DNA from: Burkholderiales bacterium
Lineage (GTDB): Bacteria > Pseudomonadota > Gammaproteobacteria > Burkholderiales > SG8-39
Length of the DNA: 64,000 bases
Direction of reading: 5' to 3'
Assembly (NCBI GenBank): GCA_035651575.1
Contig: DASRFM010000104.1
Location: 11,197-75,196, forward strand
Position 1 is the first letter of the stretch. Each line of letters opens with the position of its first letter. Of this stretch, positions 1 to 11,621 are shown piece after piece. Under the pieces are notes generated by a model, which was given only the letters and a program-made list of their open reading frames with translations, was not told where the DNA came from and ran no database searches. Position numbers and translations under genes: made by a program.

Positions 1-208
1 CGGCCGCGCGATCGGCGTCGAGCTGCCGCCGTCGGTCGTGCTCACGGTCGAGGACACCGAGCCCGGCATCAAGAACTCCACCGCGACCAACAGCTTCAAG
101 CCGGCGACGATGGAGACCGGTATCACGGTGCAGGTGCCGCCCTTCATCAACAAGGGCGAGAAGATCAAGATCGACACGAACGAAGGGAAATACATGGAGC
201 GCGCGTAG
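1..208 (+). CDS. efp: elongation factor P, C-terminal part (5' end outside window)
   Basis: Frame 2 reads ...[53 protein letters not shown], then TAG at 206-208. This is the conserved EF-P C-terminal OB domain. It is absent from the ORF track because the window edge truncates it. Confidence 0.85.
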   Translation, partial: GRAIGVELPPSVVLTVEDTEPGIKNSTATNSFKPATMETGITVQVPPFINKGEKIKIDTNEGKYMERA

Positions 209-215
209 CGCACCC

Positions 216-1166
216 ATGGCGAGGATCCTGCTCGGGATTCTCCTCGCCGCGGCGGCCGCCGCGGCCGCGCAGGATTACCCCGCGCGCGAAATCCGCTCCA
301 TCTGCAACTTCTCGGCGGGCTCCGGCGCCGACATCATCGTGCGCTACTACAGCGACCGGCTGGCGAGGCTCGCCGGCAGGCCGGTAATCGTCGAGAACCG
401 TCCCGGCGCGCAGGGCCTGGTGGCCACCGACTACGCCGCCAAATCGAAGCCCGACGGCTACACGATCCTCATCACGCCGGCTTCCTCCACGCTCGCCACG
501 GCGCCGCATATCTTCAAGCACCTGCCGTTCGACCCGCTGCGCGATTTCGCGCCGGTGACGACGATCAACTCGCTCGCGTTCGTCATCGCGGTAAGCGCCG
601 GCGGCCCGCTGCGCAGCATGGACGAGCTCGTCGCGCGGCTGCGCGCGAAGCCCGGCCACGGCTTCTACGGCACGACCTCGAACTCCGGCCAGGTCACGGC
701 GGAGCTCTTCAAGGAGCTCTCCGGCCTCAAGACCGAGTACGTGCCCTTCAAGGTCACGACCGATGGCCTCGCCAGCCTGCTCGGCGGCGAGATCGACTTT
801 TTCGCGATCGACGCGACCTGGGCCGTGACGCAGCACCCGCACAAGATCCGCATCCTCGCCGTCACGTCGGCAAAGCGCGCCGGCGTGCTGCCCGACGTGC
901 CGACGATGCAGGAGCTCGGCTTCAAGGACTTCGACATCACGCCCTGGTGGGGCGTAGTCGTGGCCGCGGGCACGCCGCGGCCGATCGTCGAGCGCCTTGC
1001 CGGCTGGTTCAACCAGATCACCGCGATGGAGGAGACACGCCAGTTCCTTGCGCGCGGCGCGCTCGACCCGCTTCCCGGGACCCCGGATTCGATGGCGGCG
1101 CTGCTGCGCACCGAGACGGAGCGCTGGGGGCGCTTCGTCAGGCTCGCGAAAATCGAGCCGCAGTAG
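216..1166 (+). CDS. Bug/TctC-family periplasmic solute-binding protein (tripartite tricarboxylate transporter receptor)
   Basis: 316 aa. Ala-rich signal peptide, then QDYPAREIR. Contains RPGAQG and KSKPDGYT blocks typical of the Bug family. Confidence 0.85.
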   Translation: MARILLGILLAAAAAAAAQDYPAREIRSICNFSAGSGADIIVRYYSDRLARLAGRPVIVENRPGAQGLVATDYAAKSKPDGYTILITPASSTLATAPHIFKHLPFDPLRDFAPVTTINSLAFVIAVSAGGPLRSMDELVARLRAKPGHGFYGTTSNSGQVTAELFKELSGLKTEYVPFKVTTDGLASLLGGEIDFFAIDATWAVTQHPHKIRILAVTSAKRAGVLPDVPTMQELGFKDFDITPWWGVVVAAGTPRPIVERLAGWFNQITAMEETRQFLARGALDPLPGTPDSMAALLRTETERWGRFVRLAKIEPQ

Positions 1167-2192
1167 CTAGGCCCGCGCCTTTTCGAGCAGCAGCTGCGCC
1201 TCGCGGTAGGCCACGCTTTTCCTCAGGTCGCGGCCGCCCTTGTGCCGCATGCGCTCCAGCCGCCCGGCGGCGGGCGGCGGCGCATCCTTGAGAGACTCGA
1301 GCAGCGCGTCCTGCGCCGCATGATCGTTGCACAGGAGCAGCAGGTCGCAGCCTGCCGCGAGCGCGGCGCGCGCCCGCTCCGCCGGACCGCCGGCGACGCT
1401 CGCCCCCTCCATGGAGAGGTCGTCGCTGAAGACGAGACCATCAAAACCGAGCTTGCCGCGCAGCATCTCCTGCAGCCAGTACTTGGAGTAGCCGGCCGGC
1501 TCGCGATCGGCCTGCGTGTACACCACGTGCGCCGGCATGATCGCCGCGAGCCCGCCCTCGATCGCCGCCTTGTAGGGCGCGACGTCCTTTTTCAGCACCT
1601 CCTGCAGCGGGCGCTCGTCGGTGGGCACCGCGACGTGGGAGTCGGCCGTGGCGTAGCCGTGGCCGGGGAAATGCTTGCCCACCGCCGCCATCCCGGCGCC
1701 GGCGAATCCCTCGACGAGGCAGCGCGCCAGAGCGCCGACGGCGATGGGATCGAAGTGCAGCGCGCGGTCGCCGATGACGGAGCTGCCGCCGTAGTCCAGG
1801 TCGAGGACCGGCGCGAAGCTGAAGTCCACGCCGTGCGCCGCGAGCTCCGAGCCCATGATGTAGCCGAGCGCGCGCGCCAGCGCCTTCGCCGCGTCCCGGT
1901 CGCGGTCCCACTGGCGGCCCAGCTCGCGCATCGGCGGCACGAGCGTGAAGCCTTCCCTGAAGCGCTGCACCCGCCCGCCCTCGTGGTCCACGCACACGAG
2001 GAGCTCCGGCTCGCGCAGGCGCTTGATGTCTTCCACCAGAAGCGTCAGCTGCTCGGGATTTTCGTAGTTCCGGGCAAAAAGGATGACCGCGCCCACCGCG
2101 GGATGCGTGAAGCGCTCGCGGTCCTCGTCGCCGAGCGCGGTGCCGACCGGGTCGACGACGACCGGCCCGAGCGGCGCCCTCAGCTTTCGCAT
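1167..2192 (-). CDS. nagZ: beta-N-acetylhexosaminidase NagZ (GH3)
   Basis: ORF 1167..2471 trimmed to Met94 (MRKLRAPLGPVVVD...). Blocks VILFARNY, CVDHEGGRVQRF and KHFPGHG are typical of NagZ. Confidence 0.85.
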   Translation of the reverse strand: MRKLRAPLGPVVVDPVGTALGDEDRERFTHPAVGAVILFARNYENPEQLTLLVEDIKRLREPELLVCVDHEGGRVQRFREGFTLVPPMRELGRQWDRDRDAAKALARALGYIMGSELAAHGVDFSFAPVLDLDYGGSSVIGDRALHFDPIAVGALARCLVEGFAGAGMAAVGKHFPGHGYATADSHVAVPTDERPLQEVLKKDVAPYKAAIEGGLAAIMPAHVVYTQADREPAGYSKYWLQEMLRGKLGFDGLVFSDDLSMEGASVAGGPAERARAALAAGCDLLLLCNDHAAQDALLESLKDAPPPAAGRLERMRHKGGRDLRKSVAYREAQLLLEKARA

Positions 2193-2563
2193 TCCAGGAT
2201 CACGGTCGCGAAGGCGACGTCCTTCTCGTCGGAGAGCGAGACGTGCGAGCTCGTCACGCCCTTCTTCTTCATCAGGTCCTTCAGCGCGTCGGAAAACTCG
2301 AGCACCGGCTTTCCCGAAGGAAGGTTGCGCACCCAGACGCCGTGCCAGTTGGCGGGCGCGTGGATGCCGGTGCCGAGCGCCTTGGTGAAGGCCTCCTTGG
2401 CGGCGAAGCGTTTCGCGAGATAGCTGGCCGGCAGGCGGTGCTTGAGGAAGCGCTCCAGCTCCGGCTCGCACAGGACGCGGCGGGCGAATTTCTCTCCGAA
2501 GCGGCCCAGCGCCTTCTCGATGCGCCCGATCTCCACGACGTCCGTCCCGACCCCGAAAATCAC
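2180..2563 (-). CDS. acpS: holo-ACP synthase
   Basis: GTG start gives VIFGVGTDVVEIGRIE...FAAKEAFTKALG (127 aa). The start overlaps the pdxJ stop by 4 nt. Conserved pdxJ-acpS synteny. Confidence 0.85.
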   Translation of the reverse strand: MIFGVGTDVVEIGRIEKALGRFGEKFARRVLCEPELERFLKHRLPASYLAKRFAAKEAFTKALGTGIHAPANWHGVWVRNLPSGKPVLEFSDALKDLMKKKGVTSSHVSLSDEKDVAFATVILECES

Positions 2564-3306
2564 CGCGAAGCTTCCGTCATGAGGCGCTTCATCTCGCGCA
2601 CCGCCTCGCGCATGCCGACGAAGACCGCGCGGCTGACGATGGCATGGCCGATGTGCAGCTCGCGCACGCCGGAGAGCCGCGCGACGGGCTGGACGTTGAA
2701 GTAGTTGAGCGCGTGCCCGGCGTTGAAGCGCATGCCGAGCGCGCGGATCGCCTCGCCGGCGGTCTTGATCATCTTCAGCTGAGAGGCCACTTCGGGGCTT
2801 TCCGCGTCGCGCCCCTTCTGGTGGAACGCGTGCGCGTACGGTCCGGTGTGAACCTCGCAGACCGAGGCGCCGATCCGGTGCGCGGCCTCGACCTGGCGCG
2901 GCTCGGCGTCGATGAAGACCGAGACGACGATCCCGGCATCGCTCAGCTGCTTCACTTTGGCCTGGAGTTTCTTTTCCTGGGAAACGATATCCAGGCCGCC
3001 CTCGGTGGTGACCTCGTGCCGGCCCTCGGGCACGAGCATCGCCATCTCGGGCTTGATGCGGCAGGCGATGCCGACCATCTCGTCGGTCGCCGCCATCTCG
3101 AGGTTCAGGCGGATGTGGGTCAGCTCGCGCAGGCGCCGCACGTCCTCGTCCTGGACGTGGCGCCGGTCCTCGCGCAGGTGGCAGGTGATGCCGTCGGCGC
3201 CGCCCAGATGCGCCTCCACCGCGGCCCAAACGGGGTCCGGCTCGTACGTGCGCCGCGCCTGCCGCACGGTCGCGACGTGGTCGATGTTGACGCCAAGCTC
3301 GATCAC
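2560..3306 (-). CDS. pdxJ: pyridoxine 5'-phosphate synthase
   Basis: 248 aa, MIELGVNIDHVATVRQARRTYEPDP...HLREDRRH...GHALNY; full-length PdxJ pattern. Confidence 0.95.
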   Translation of the reverse strand: MIELGVNIDHVATVRQARRTYEPDPVWAAVEAHLGGADGITCHLREDRRHVQDEDVRRLRELTHIRLNLEMAATDEMVGIACRIKPEMAMLVPEGRHEVTTEGGLDIVSQEKKLQAKVKQLSDAGIVVSVFIDAEPRQVEAAHRIGASVCEVHTGPYAHAFHQKGRDAESPEVASQLKMIKTAGEAIRALGMRFNAGHALNYFNVQPVARLSGVRELHIGHAIVSRAVFVGMREAVREMKRLMTEASR

Positions 3307-4031
3307 AGGTCGTTCAGCTCCCTCAGCACCGACCGGGTGTGCAGCACCTGGCCGTGCAGGCGTTCGGCGATCAGCGCGCGCATCAGCAGACGCGCCTCCT
3401 CGCGGGTTTCCGGGCGCTCGTAATCGTCGTGCGCCAGGTCGATCAGCGTCTGCCCGCTCACCACGACGGAATCGCCCCGCCGATCCCCGCGCGCGCCGTT
3501 CACCGGCACCGGGCCGCGCTCCGGCTCATACACGTAGCTGCCGCCCGGGTCGATCGGCCGCGTCGCCGCGTCGCGGTCGAGCAGCGGAGCATACCCGAGC
3601 TCGGCGAGCAGGCGCTTCTCGAAGCCGCGCAGCACCGGCGGCGGCGCCTCTCCGGCGGAGAGGCGCGCGAGCGCCTCGGCATAGGCGTCGAACAGCGCCT
3701 CGTGCGGGTCGTCGCGCGGCAGCAGCCGCAGCGCCAGCTCGTTCAGGTAGAAGCCGCACATGAGGCCGCGGCCGGCGAGCGGCCGCAGCGCGCCGCCCCA
3801 CTCCGCGCCGATCAGGTTGCCGAGCTCCGCCGACAGGCTCCAGCTCAGGCGCAGCGGATGGAAGGCGAGCAGGACGCCGCGCATCGCCGAGCGCGGGCGC
3901 CGCGCGCCCCGGGCGAGCAGCGCCACGCGCCCGAAGCGGCGCGTCAGCAGCTCGACGATCAGGCTCGTCTCCTTGTAGGGATACGTATGCAGAACGTATC
4001 CGGGTTCGTGCTCGGCCCGTTTCCTACTCAT
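3303..4031 (-). CDS. recO: DNA repair protein RecO
   Basis: 242 aa. N-terminal GYVLHTYPYKETSLIVELLTRRFGRVALLARGARR is the RecO OB-fold pattern. era-recO-pdxJ synteny. Confidence 0.9.
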   Translation of the reverse strand: MSRKRAEHEPGYVLHTYPYKETSLIVELLTRRFGRVALLARGARRPRSAMRGVLLAFHPLRLSWSLSAELGNLIGAEWGGALRPLAGRGLMCGFYLNELALRLLPRDDPHEALFDAYAEALARLSAGEAPPPVLRGFEKRLLAELGYAPLLDRDAATRPIDPGGSYVYEPERGPVPVNGARGDRRGDSVVVSGQTLIDLAHDDYERPETREEARLLMRALIAERLHGQVLHTRSVLRELNDL

Positions 4032-4917
4032 ATCCCAGCTGCCGCAGGATGCGCGCGTCGTCGGTCCAGGCCTTGCGCACCTTCACCCAGACGCCGAGAT
4101 ACACCTTGCCGCCGAAAAGCTTCTCCATGTCCTTGCGCGCCGCGCTCGCCATGCGCTTGAGCCGCTCGCCCTTCGCGCCGAGCACGATGGCCTTCTGGCT
4201 GTCGCGCTCCACCAGGATCGTCGCCTCGATGCGCCGGAACGGGCGCTGAGGGGAGCCCTCGTCGCGGAAGCTCTCGATTACGACTTCGCAGCGGTAGGGC
4301 AGTTCTTGGGCCATCTCCTGGAAGAGCTTCTCGCGCAGCAGCTCCGCGGCGAAGAAGCGCTCGTCGCGGTCGGTGAGCTGCTCGGGCGGATACGCCGCCG
4401 GCCCCTCCGGCAGCGCATCGCGCACCGCGCGCAGGAGCTGCGGCAGGTTCCTGCCGGTCTGCGCGCTCACCGGGACGAGCGCCTCGAAGCTGCGCGTCCC
4501 GGCGAGGCGCTCGAGGAACGGGATCAGATCGCTTTCGCGGCGCAGCAGATCGATCTTGTTGACGACGGCGATGACCCTCTGGCCTTCCGGGATCCTGTCC
4601 AGCACGGCGCGGTCCTCGGGGCCGAAGCGCCCCGCCTCGACCACGAAGAGCGCGACGTCGGCATCGCGCGCGGCCTCGGTCGCGCGCCGGTTCAGGGCGC
4701 GCGCGAGCACCGTGCGCGAGCGCGCCTGCTGGCCGGGCGCATCGACGAAGATGTACTGGCAATCGTCGCGGGTCAGGATGCCGGTGACGAGGTGGCGCGT
4801 CGTCTGCGCCCGGGGCGAGACGATGGAGAGCTTCTGCCCGACCAGGCGGTTCAGCAGGCTCGACTTGCCGGTGTTCGGCCGCCCGGCGATGCCGACGGTC
4901 CCGCAGCGGTGGCTCAT
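4024..4917 (-). CDS. era: GTPase Era
   Basis: ORF trimmed to MSHRCGTVGIAGRPNTGKSSLLN (G1). Also DAPG and NKID motifs and a C-terminal KH domain. 4-nt overlap with the rnc stop. Confidence 0.95.
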   Translation of the reverse strand: MSHRCGTVGIAGRPNTGKSSLLNRLVGQKLSIVSPRAQTTRHLVTGILTRDDCQYIFVDAPGQQARSRTVLARALNRRATEAARDADVALFVVEAGRFGPEDRAVLDRIPEGQRVIAVVNKIDLLRRESDLIPFLERLAGTRSFEALVPVSAQTGRNLPQLLRAVRDALPEGPAAYPPEQLTDRDERFFAAELLREKLFQEMAQELPYRCEVVIESFRDEGSPQRPFRRIEATILVERDSQKAIVLGAKGERLKRMASAARKDMEKLFGGKVYLGVWVKVRKAWTDDARILRQLGYE

Positions 4918-5567
4918 GCCCCGATCTTCTCGAGCATCGCCTTCGCCGCCTGCTGCTCGGCGCGCTGGCGCGAGCGGCCGCTGCCGAGCGTCGTGAGCCG
5001 CAGCGCGGGCACGCTGCACTCGACGTCGAAGGAGCGGTTGTGGGCCTCGCCGTGGGTCGCCACGACGCGGTATTCGGGCAGGCTGTCGTGGCGCGCCTGG
5101 AGCATCTCCTGCAGCTGCGTCTTGGCGTCCTTCGCCACGGCAAAGGGATCGAGCCGCGCGAAGAGCGGCTCGAACGCCGTGCCGACCGCGGCCTTCGCCG
5201 CGGCGTAGCCGGCATCGAGGAACACCGCGCCGAAGAGCGCCTCGACCGCGTCGGCGAGGATGGACTCGGTGATGGACGCGCTGCCCATGCGCAGCGACTC
5301 GGCGAGGCCGAGCTGCTGCCCGATCGCGGCCAGGGTCTCCTTGCGCACCAGGCTCGCGCGCAGCTGCGTGAGCTTGCCCTCGGGGAGCTCGGGAAAGCGC
5401 GCGTAGAGCACCTCGGCCACGGCGCAGCCCAGCAGGCCGTCGCCGAGGAACTCCAGGCGCTCGTTGTTCAGCGGCCCGTGGCTGCGGTGCGTGAGCGCCT
5501 GCTCGAGGAGGGCGGCGTCGCCGAAGCGATGCCCGAGGCGCTTTTCGAGGGCCGTGGCGCGGGACAA
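4914..5567 (-). CDS. rnc: ribonuclease III
   Basis: 217 aa. RNase III signature NERLEFLGD and a C-terminal dsRNA-binding domain. Confidence 0.95.
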   Translation of the reverse strand: MSRATALEKRLGHRFGDAALLEQALTHRSHGPLNNERLEFLGDGLLGCAVAEVLYARFPELPEGKLTQLRASLVRKETLAAIGQQLGLAESLRMGSASITESILADAVEALFGAVFLDAGYAAAKAAVGTAFEPLFARLDPFAVAKDAKTQLQEMLQARHDSLPEYRVVATHGEAHNRSFDVECSVPALRLTTLGSGRSRQRAEQQAAKAMLEKIGA

Positions 5568-5573
5568 GGCAAC

Positions 5574-5936
5574 CTATTGCTCCTTCGAGCTCGCGGCGAA
5601 GTCGATGTAGAGCCCGACGTTGGCGAAGAGCGGCACTTCCTTGCGGTAGGTGAACGAGATCACCACCTGGTTGCCTTCCTTGGTGATGTCGAGGTCCGTG
5701 GATTTCACGGCGTCGATGTCGTCGATCGTGGCGCGCGAGTCGAAGGCCTTGCGGATCTCCACCACCGTGGCGCCCTGCTTCTCCGCCGCAATGGCGTCGA
5801 TGGCGGCCTTGGCCTTGCCGTACTGCATGTAGGGCGGGATCAGCTTCAGGCTGAAGATGCCCAGGACCACCACCAGCACCAGCACGATGAGCAGGCCGCC
5901 GAGGCTGACTCCGTGCTGCAGTTTCTTGTTGTGCAT
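5574..5936 (-). CDS. DUF4845-type small membrane-anchored protein
   Basis: MHNKKLQHGVSLGGLLIVLVLVVVLG TM anchor. The position between lepB and rnc is conserved in Betaproteobacteria. ATG 5936 is preceded by GGGAGGA. The track ORF extends to a TTG at 5960. Confidence 0.65.
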   Translation of the reverse strand: MHNKKLQHGVSLGGLLIVLVLVVVLGIFSLKLIPPYMQYGKAKAAIDAIAAEKQGATVVEIRKAFDSRATIDDIDAVKSTDLDITKEGNQVVISFTYRKEVPLFANVGLYIDFAASSKEQ

Positions 5937-5956
5937 TGCCGTCCTCCCGAGGCGGG

Positions 5957-6751
5957 TCAATGGAACGGCCCGAAGCGCCCGAGCTCGTTCAGGTTGAGCC
6001 AGATGAAGAACGCCTTGCCGACGATGTTCGCGTCCGGGACGAAGCCCCAGACGCGGCTGTCGCTCGAGTTGTCGCGGTTATCGCCCATCATGAAGTAGTG
6101 ACCCGGCGGCACCGTGCAGGCAAGGCCGCTCGTATTGTAGTTGCAATTGCCGTAGAACGGGAACGAGCGCAGGGGCGTGATGGAGGGCGGCGCGTCGTCG
6201 TCCAGCAGGATCTGGTGCTCCACCCCGCCGAGCGTCTCGATGTAGCGCCGGGAGAACTGCATCCGCTCGCGCGAGAGGTAGTCGTCGGTCTGGCGCTCCG
6301 GCACCGGCTTGCCGTTGATGGTGAGCCGCTTGTTGCGGTACTCGATGCGGTCCCCGGGCAGGCCGACCACGCGCTTGATGTAGTCGAGCGACGGGTCCTC
6401 CGGGTAGCGGAACACCATCACGTCGCCGCGCTGCGGGTTGCCGACCTCCATCACCTTCTTGTTGACCACCGGCAGGCGCACGCCGTAGGCGAATTTGTTC
6501 ACGAGAATGAAGTCGCCGACGAGCAGGGTCGGCACCATCGAGCTCGACGGGATCTTGAAGGGCTCGACGAGGAAGGAGCGCAGCAGGAACACCACCAGGA
6601 TCACCGGAAAGAAGCTGACCGAGTACTCCACCCACCAGGGCTGCTTGCCCTCCGCCGGGCGGCCCCTCTTCAGGAAGGCGATCTCGATCAGCCAGACGAT
6701 GCCGGTGACGACCAGGAGGATGAGCAGGAACAGGGCGAAGCTCATCTCCAT
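5957..6751 (-). CDS. lepB: signal peptidase I
   Basis: 264 aa. SSSMVPTL (catalytic Ser box), YIKRVVGLPGD and GDNRDNSSDSR boxes. Confidence 0.95.
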   Translation of the reverse strand: MEMSFALFLLILLVVTGIVWLIEIAFLKRGRPAEGKQPWWVEYSVSFFPVILVVFLLRSFLVEPFKIPSSSMVPTLLVGDFILVNKFAYGVRLPVVNKKVMEVGNPQRGDVMVFRYPEDPSLDYIKRVVGLPGDRIEYRNKRLTINGKPVPERQTDDYLSRERMQFSRRYIETLGGVEHQILLDDDAPPSITPLRSFPFYGNCNYNTSGLACTVPPGHYFMMGDNRDNSSDSRVWGFVPDANIVGKAFFIWLNLNELGRFGPFH

Positions 6752-6754
6752 CCC

Positions 6755-8557
<1,803 letters not shown>

Positions 8558-8651
8558 AGCAGGCTTTGTTCCATAGATAAAGAAAGAGGGTGCCGCTTCG
8601 CGCGACACCCTCCTCGAGCCGCTATTCTAGCTTAGCCGCGCCCCTGGGGAT

Positions 8652-10091
8652 TCAGCCCTTGTCGGTGAGCCCGGAAATGGTCACGAACGCGGTGCTGTCG
8701 CCGCGCCGGACCTGCAGCGTGAACACGGCGTTCTTGTCCAGCCCGGCGAGCAGGCGGTTGAACTGCTCGACCGACTTCAGCTCGGTCTGCTGTCCCTTGT
8801 GGACCATCATGAGCAGCACGTCGCCGCGGCGCACGTCCGCCTTGGCGTCGGCGCGCACGTCGGCCACGATGAGGCCCGAGGAAAGCCTGAGGTCCTTCTT
8901 CTGCTCGGGCGTGAGCTCGGCGACGACCAGCCCGAGCCGGTTGGCGGTGGCCTCGGCGGGCTTGGGCGCGCGCGGCGTGTCGTGCGAGGCGATGCGCTCC
9001 TCCTGGAGCTCGGCCACCGTCACTGTGAGGGTCTTCCTCTGCCCCTTGCGCCAGACCTCCAGCCCGACCTGCGATCCCGGACGCGTCGAGCCGACGATGC
9101 GCGGCAGGTCGCTCGAGGACTCGACCTGCTTGCCGTCGAAAGCGGTGATGATGTCGGTCGCCTCGATGCCGGCCTTGTCGGCGGGGCTGCCCTTCTCGAC
9201 CTGGTTGACGAGCGCGCCGCGCGCGCGGTCGAGGCCGAACGAGGTCGCGAGGTCGCGCGTCACCTCCTGGATGACGACGCCAATGCGGCCGCGCGCGACG
9301 CGGCCCTTCTCCTTCAGCTGCTTCTGGATGTCCAGGGCGACGTCGATCGGGATGGCGAACGAGAGCCCCATGAAGCCGCCGGTGCGGCTGTAGATCTGCG
9401 AGTTGATCCCGACCACCTCGCCGCGCATGTTGAACAGCGGCCCGCCGGAATTGCCCGGGTTGATGGCGACGTCGGTCTGGATGAACGGGACGAAGTTCTC
9501 CTGCGGCAGCGAGCGGCCCTTGCCGCTCACGATGCCCGCGGTCACCGTGTTTTCGAAGCCGAACGGCGCGCCGATCGCCACGACCCATTCGCCGACCTTG
9601 AGCTTCGCCGGATCGCCGAGCTTCACCACCGGCAGGTTGGTGCCCTCGATCTTGATCAGCGCGACGTCGGTGCGCTTGTCGGCGCCGATGACCTTGGCCT
9701 TGAACTCGCGCTTGTCGGTGAAGCGGACGTTGATCTCGTCGGCCGCGTCCACCACGTGGGCGTTGGTGAGGATGTAGCCGTCGTTGCTGATGATGAAGCC
9801 CGAGCCGAGCGAGCGGCTCTCGGCGCGCGGGCCGGGCGCCGGCGGCTGCGGGCCCTGGCCCGGCTGGCGCGGGATGAAGCGGCGGAAGAACTCCTGGATC
9901 TCCTCGTCCTCGATCCCCGGGACCTGCGGCAGCGTGCTGCGGCGGATCGCCTGCGTCGTGGAGATGTTGACGACCGCGCCGCCCTGGTCCTCGACCAGGC
10001 GCGTGAAGTCGGGAAGGACCTGGGACTGCGCCGCGGCGGCCGCGCAAACGGTCGCGAGCCACAGTGCGGCCAGCGCTTTGACGACTTGCAT
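8652..10091 (-). CDS. mucD: periplasmic serine endoprotease, DegP/MucD family
   Basis: ORF trimmed to Met300 (MQVVKALAALWLATVCAAAAAQ signal peptide). Trypsin-like core with TNAHVV and GNSGGPL, and two PDZ domains. Lies downstream of rseB. Confidence 0.9.
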   Translation of the reverse strand: MQVVKALAALWLATVCAAAAAQSQVLPDFTRLVEDQGGAVVNISTTQAIRRSTLPQVPGIEDEEIQEFFRRFIPRQPGQGPQPPAPGPRAESRSLGSGFIISNDGYILTNAHVVDAADEINVRFTDKREFKAKVIGADKRTDVALIKIEGTNLPVVKLGDPAKLKVGEWVVAIGAPFGFENTVTAGIVSGKGRSLPQENFVPFIQTDVAINPGNSGGPLFNMRGEVVGINSQIYSRTGGFMGLSFAIPIDVALDIQKQLKEKGRVARGRIGVVIQEVTRDLATSFGLDRARGALVNQVEKGSPADKAGIEATDIITAFDGKQVESSSDLPRIVGSTRPGSQVGLEVWRKGQRKTLTVTVAELQEERIASHDTPRAPKPAEATANRLGLVVAELTPEQKKDLRLSSGLIVADVRADAKADVRRGDVLLMMVHKGQQTELKSVEQFNRLLAGLDKNAVFTLQVRRGDSTAFVTISGLTDKG

Positions 10092-10108
10092 AACGCTCTC
10101 CTGATTTA

Positions 10109-11065
10109 TTAAGGCTTGTTCGGCTGGTACTGGACCGAGTCGGCAATGCGGCGCACGCTCGCAGCGGGCGCCTCGCCCACCACCGTGACCCTGTGGTGCG
10201 CAACCTCCCGGGTATAGATATGGGTCGCGCCCATGCTGGCAAGCGCCGGGCGCACCGCGTCGGCCTGCCCTTCCATCGGCTCGATGAAGACCGAGACCGC
10301 GGCGAGGCCGTCCGAATACACCAGCTGCCCGACCGGCCGGGAGTCTCCCAGCCGGCGCTTGAGCTCCACGATCTTGCGAAAGCCCGGCAGATCGCTCGCC
10401 ACCGCCCAGCCCTGCAGGTTCGCCGGCACCGCGGCCGCGTCCTCGACGCGCCAGTCGCGCGTCGCGGGATGGCGCGGCTTCACCATCTCGCGCGTCACGT
10501 GGCCGAGCGAGAGCTGAGTGAACGTAACCTGCTCGACGTCGTGGCCGGCGCTGTCGAAGGTCACCGCCTTCATCAGCATGCCGGTCTGCCGGTCGGCGTA
10601 GAGCCGGTAGCCGTAGCGCAGGTTGTCCTTCGGCGTCAGCACCACCGCGCGGCACTCCAGGCCGGCGATGCGCCGGCTCTCGCCGAGCGAGAGGTCGTAG
10701 TGCTGCTGCAGGAGCGCCACCGCGTCGGGCAGGAGCGCGGGGAAATCGCGCTCGCCGGTGCGACGCTCCACCTTCACGACCTTGCTGTCCGGCAGGTAGC
10801 ACTTCACCGTGTCGCGCGTGCGCACCAGCTCGCGCGGCACGCCGTCCATCACCTCGACCTTCTCGATGTCGCCCGCCGGGTCGGCATAGCGCGTGATGCG
10901 CGAGGTCTCGCTGCGCGCGCCGTGCTGGTAGACGAAGGTGCCGCTGTACGAAAGCCGGTGCGTCGCCTCCTGGATCCGGCGCAACCACTCCAGCGCGTCC
11001 TGCGCCTGCGCGTGCGCCGCTCCGGCGAGCAGCGCACAGGCGAGCCCGAGGGCGCGCGCCACCAT
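10109..11065 (-). CDS. rseB: sigma-E regulatory protein RseB/MucB
   Basis: 318 aa with a signal peptide. LEWLRRIQEATHRLSYSGTFVY is the MucB/RseB N-terminal pattern. Confidence 0.85.
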   Translation of the reverse strand: MVARALGLACALLAGAAHAQAQDALEWLRRIQEATHRLSYSGTFVYQHGARSETSRITRYADPAGDIEKVEVMDGVPRELVRTRDTVKCYLPDSKVVKVERRTGERDFPALLPDAVALLQQHYDLSLGESRRIAGLECRAVVLTPKDNLRYGYRLYADRQTGMLMKAVTFDSAGHDVEQVTFTQLSLGHVTREMVKPRHPATRDWRVEDAAAVPANLQGWAVASDLPGFRKIVELKRRLGDSRPVGQLVYSDGLAAVSVFIEPMEGQADAVRPALASMGATHIYTREVAHHRVTVVGEAPAASVRRIADSVQYQPNKP

Positions 11066-11066
11066 C

Positions 11067-11591
11067 CTATTTCCCGGCCTCGGCGCTGGTCTCGGAGACA
11101 GTGCGCACCTGCGGCACCATGCCCTGGAGCGAGATGCGGGAAGCGAAGCCCTGGTGCGCCAGCAGGTAGTCGTTCGTCGCGCTCGTGAACGGCAGCGTCG
11201 CGGGCGCGCTCGCCGTCTCCTGGCGCGCCGGCGGCGGAGGCGCAGGCGCCTTGGCGATCTGCGGCGCGGGCTGCTGCGGCCCGAAGGCGACCCAGCCGAC
11301 CAGCGCGACCGCGGCGACGCTCGCCGCGGCCGACAGCGCCATCCAGCGGCGCGGCTCGCGCTTCGCGCGCGGCCTCGGCGCGAGAACGGCGGGCTCCTCG
11401 GCGAGCTTCCAGGCGACCCGCGCGGTGACGCCGTCGCTCAGCGGCGCCGTGCCGCGCAGCGCGTCCCCGACCACGTGGAACAGGCGCCAGGTCTCCGCGG
11501 CCTCGCGGTCGCGGCCCAGCGCATCCAGCACCGGGGCGGCGGCCCGCTCGTCGAGCTCGCCGTCCATCAGAGCCGATATCTTCTCTTTCAT
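11067..11591 (-). CDS. rseA: anti-sigma-E factor RseA/MucA
   Basis: Trimmed to MKEKISALMDGELDE..., the RseA N-terminal anti-sigma domain. Single TM (WMALSAAASVAAVALVGW). Located between rpoE and rseB. Confidence 0.8.
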   Translation of the reverse strand: MKEKISALMDGELDERAAAPVLDALGRDREAAETWRLFHVVGDALRGTAPLSDGVTARVAWKLAEEPAVLAPRPRAKREPRRWMALSAAASVAAVALVGWVAFGPQQPAPQIAKAPAPPPPARQETASAPATLPFTSATNDYLLAHQGFASRISLQGMVPQVRTVSETSAEAGK

Positions 11592-11621
11592 GCCTGCCTC
11601 TACCACTTTCCCCTCACCTTC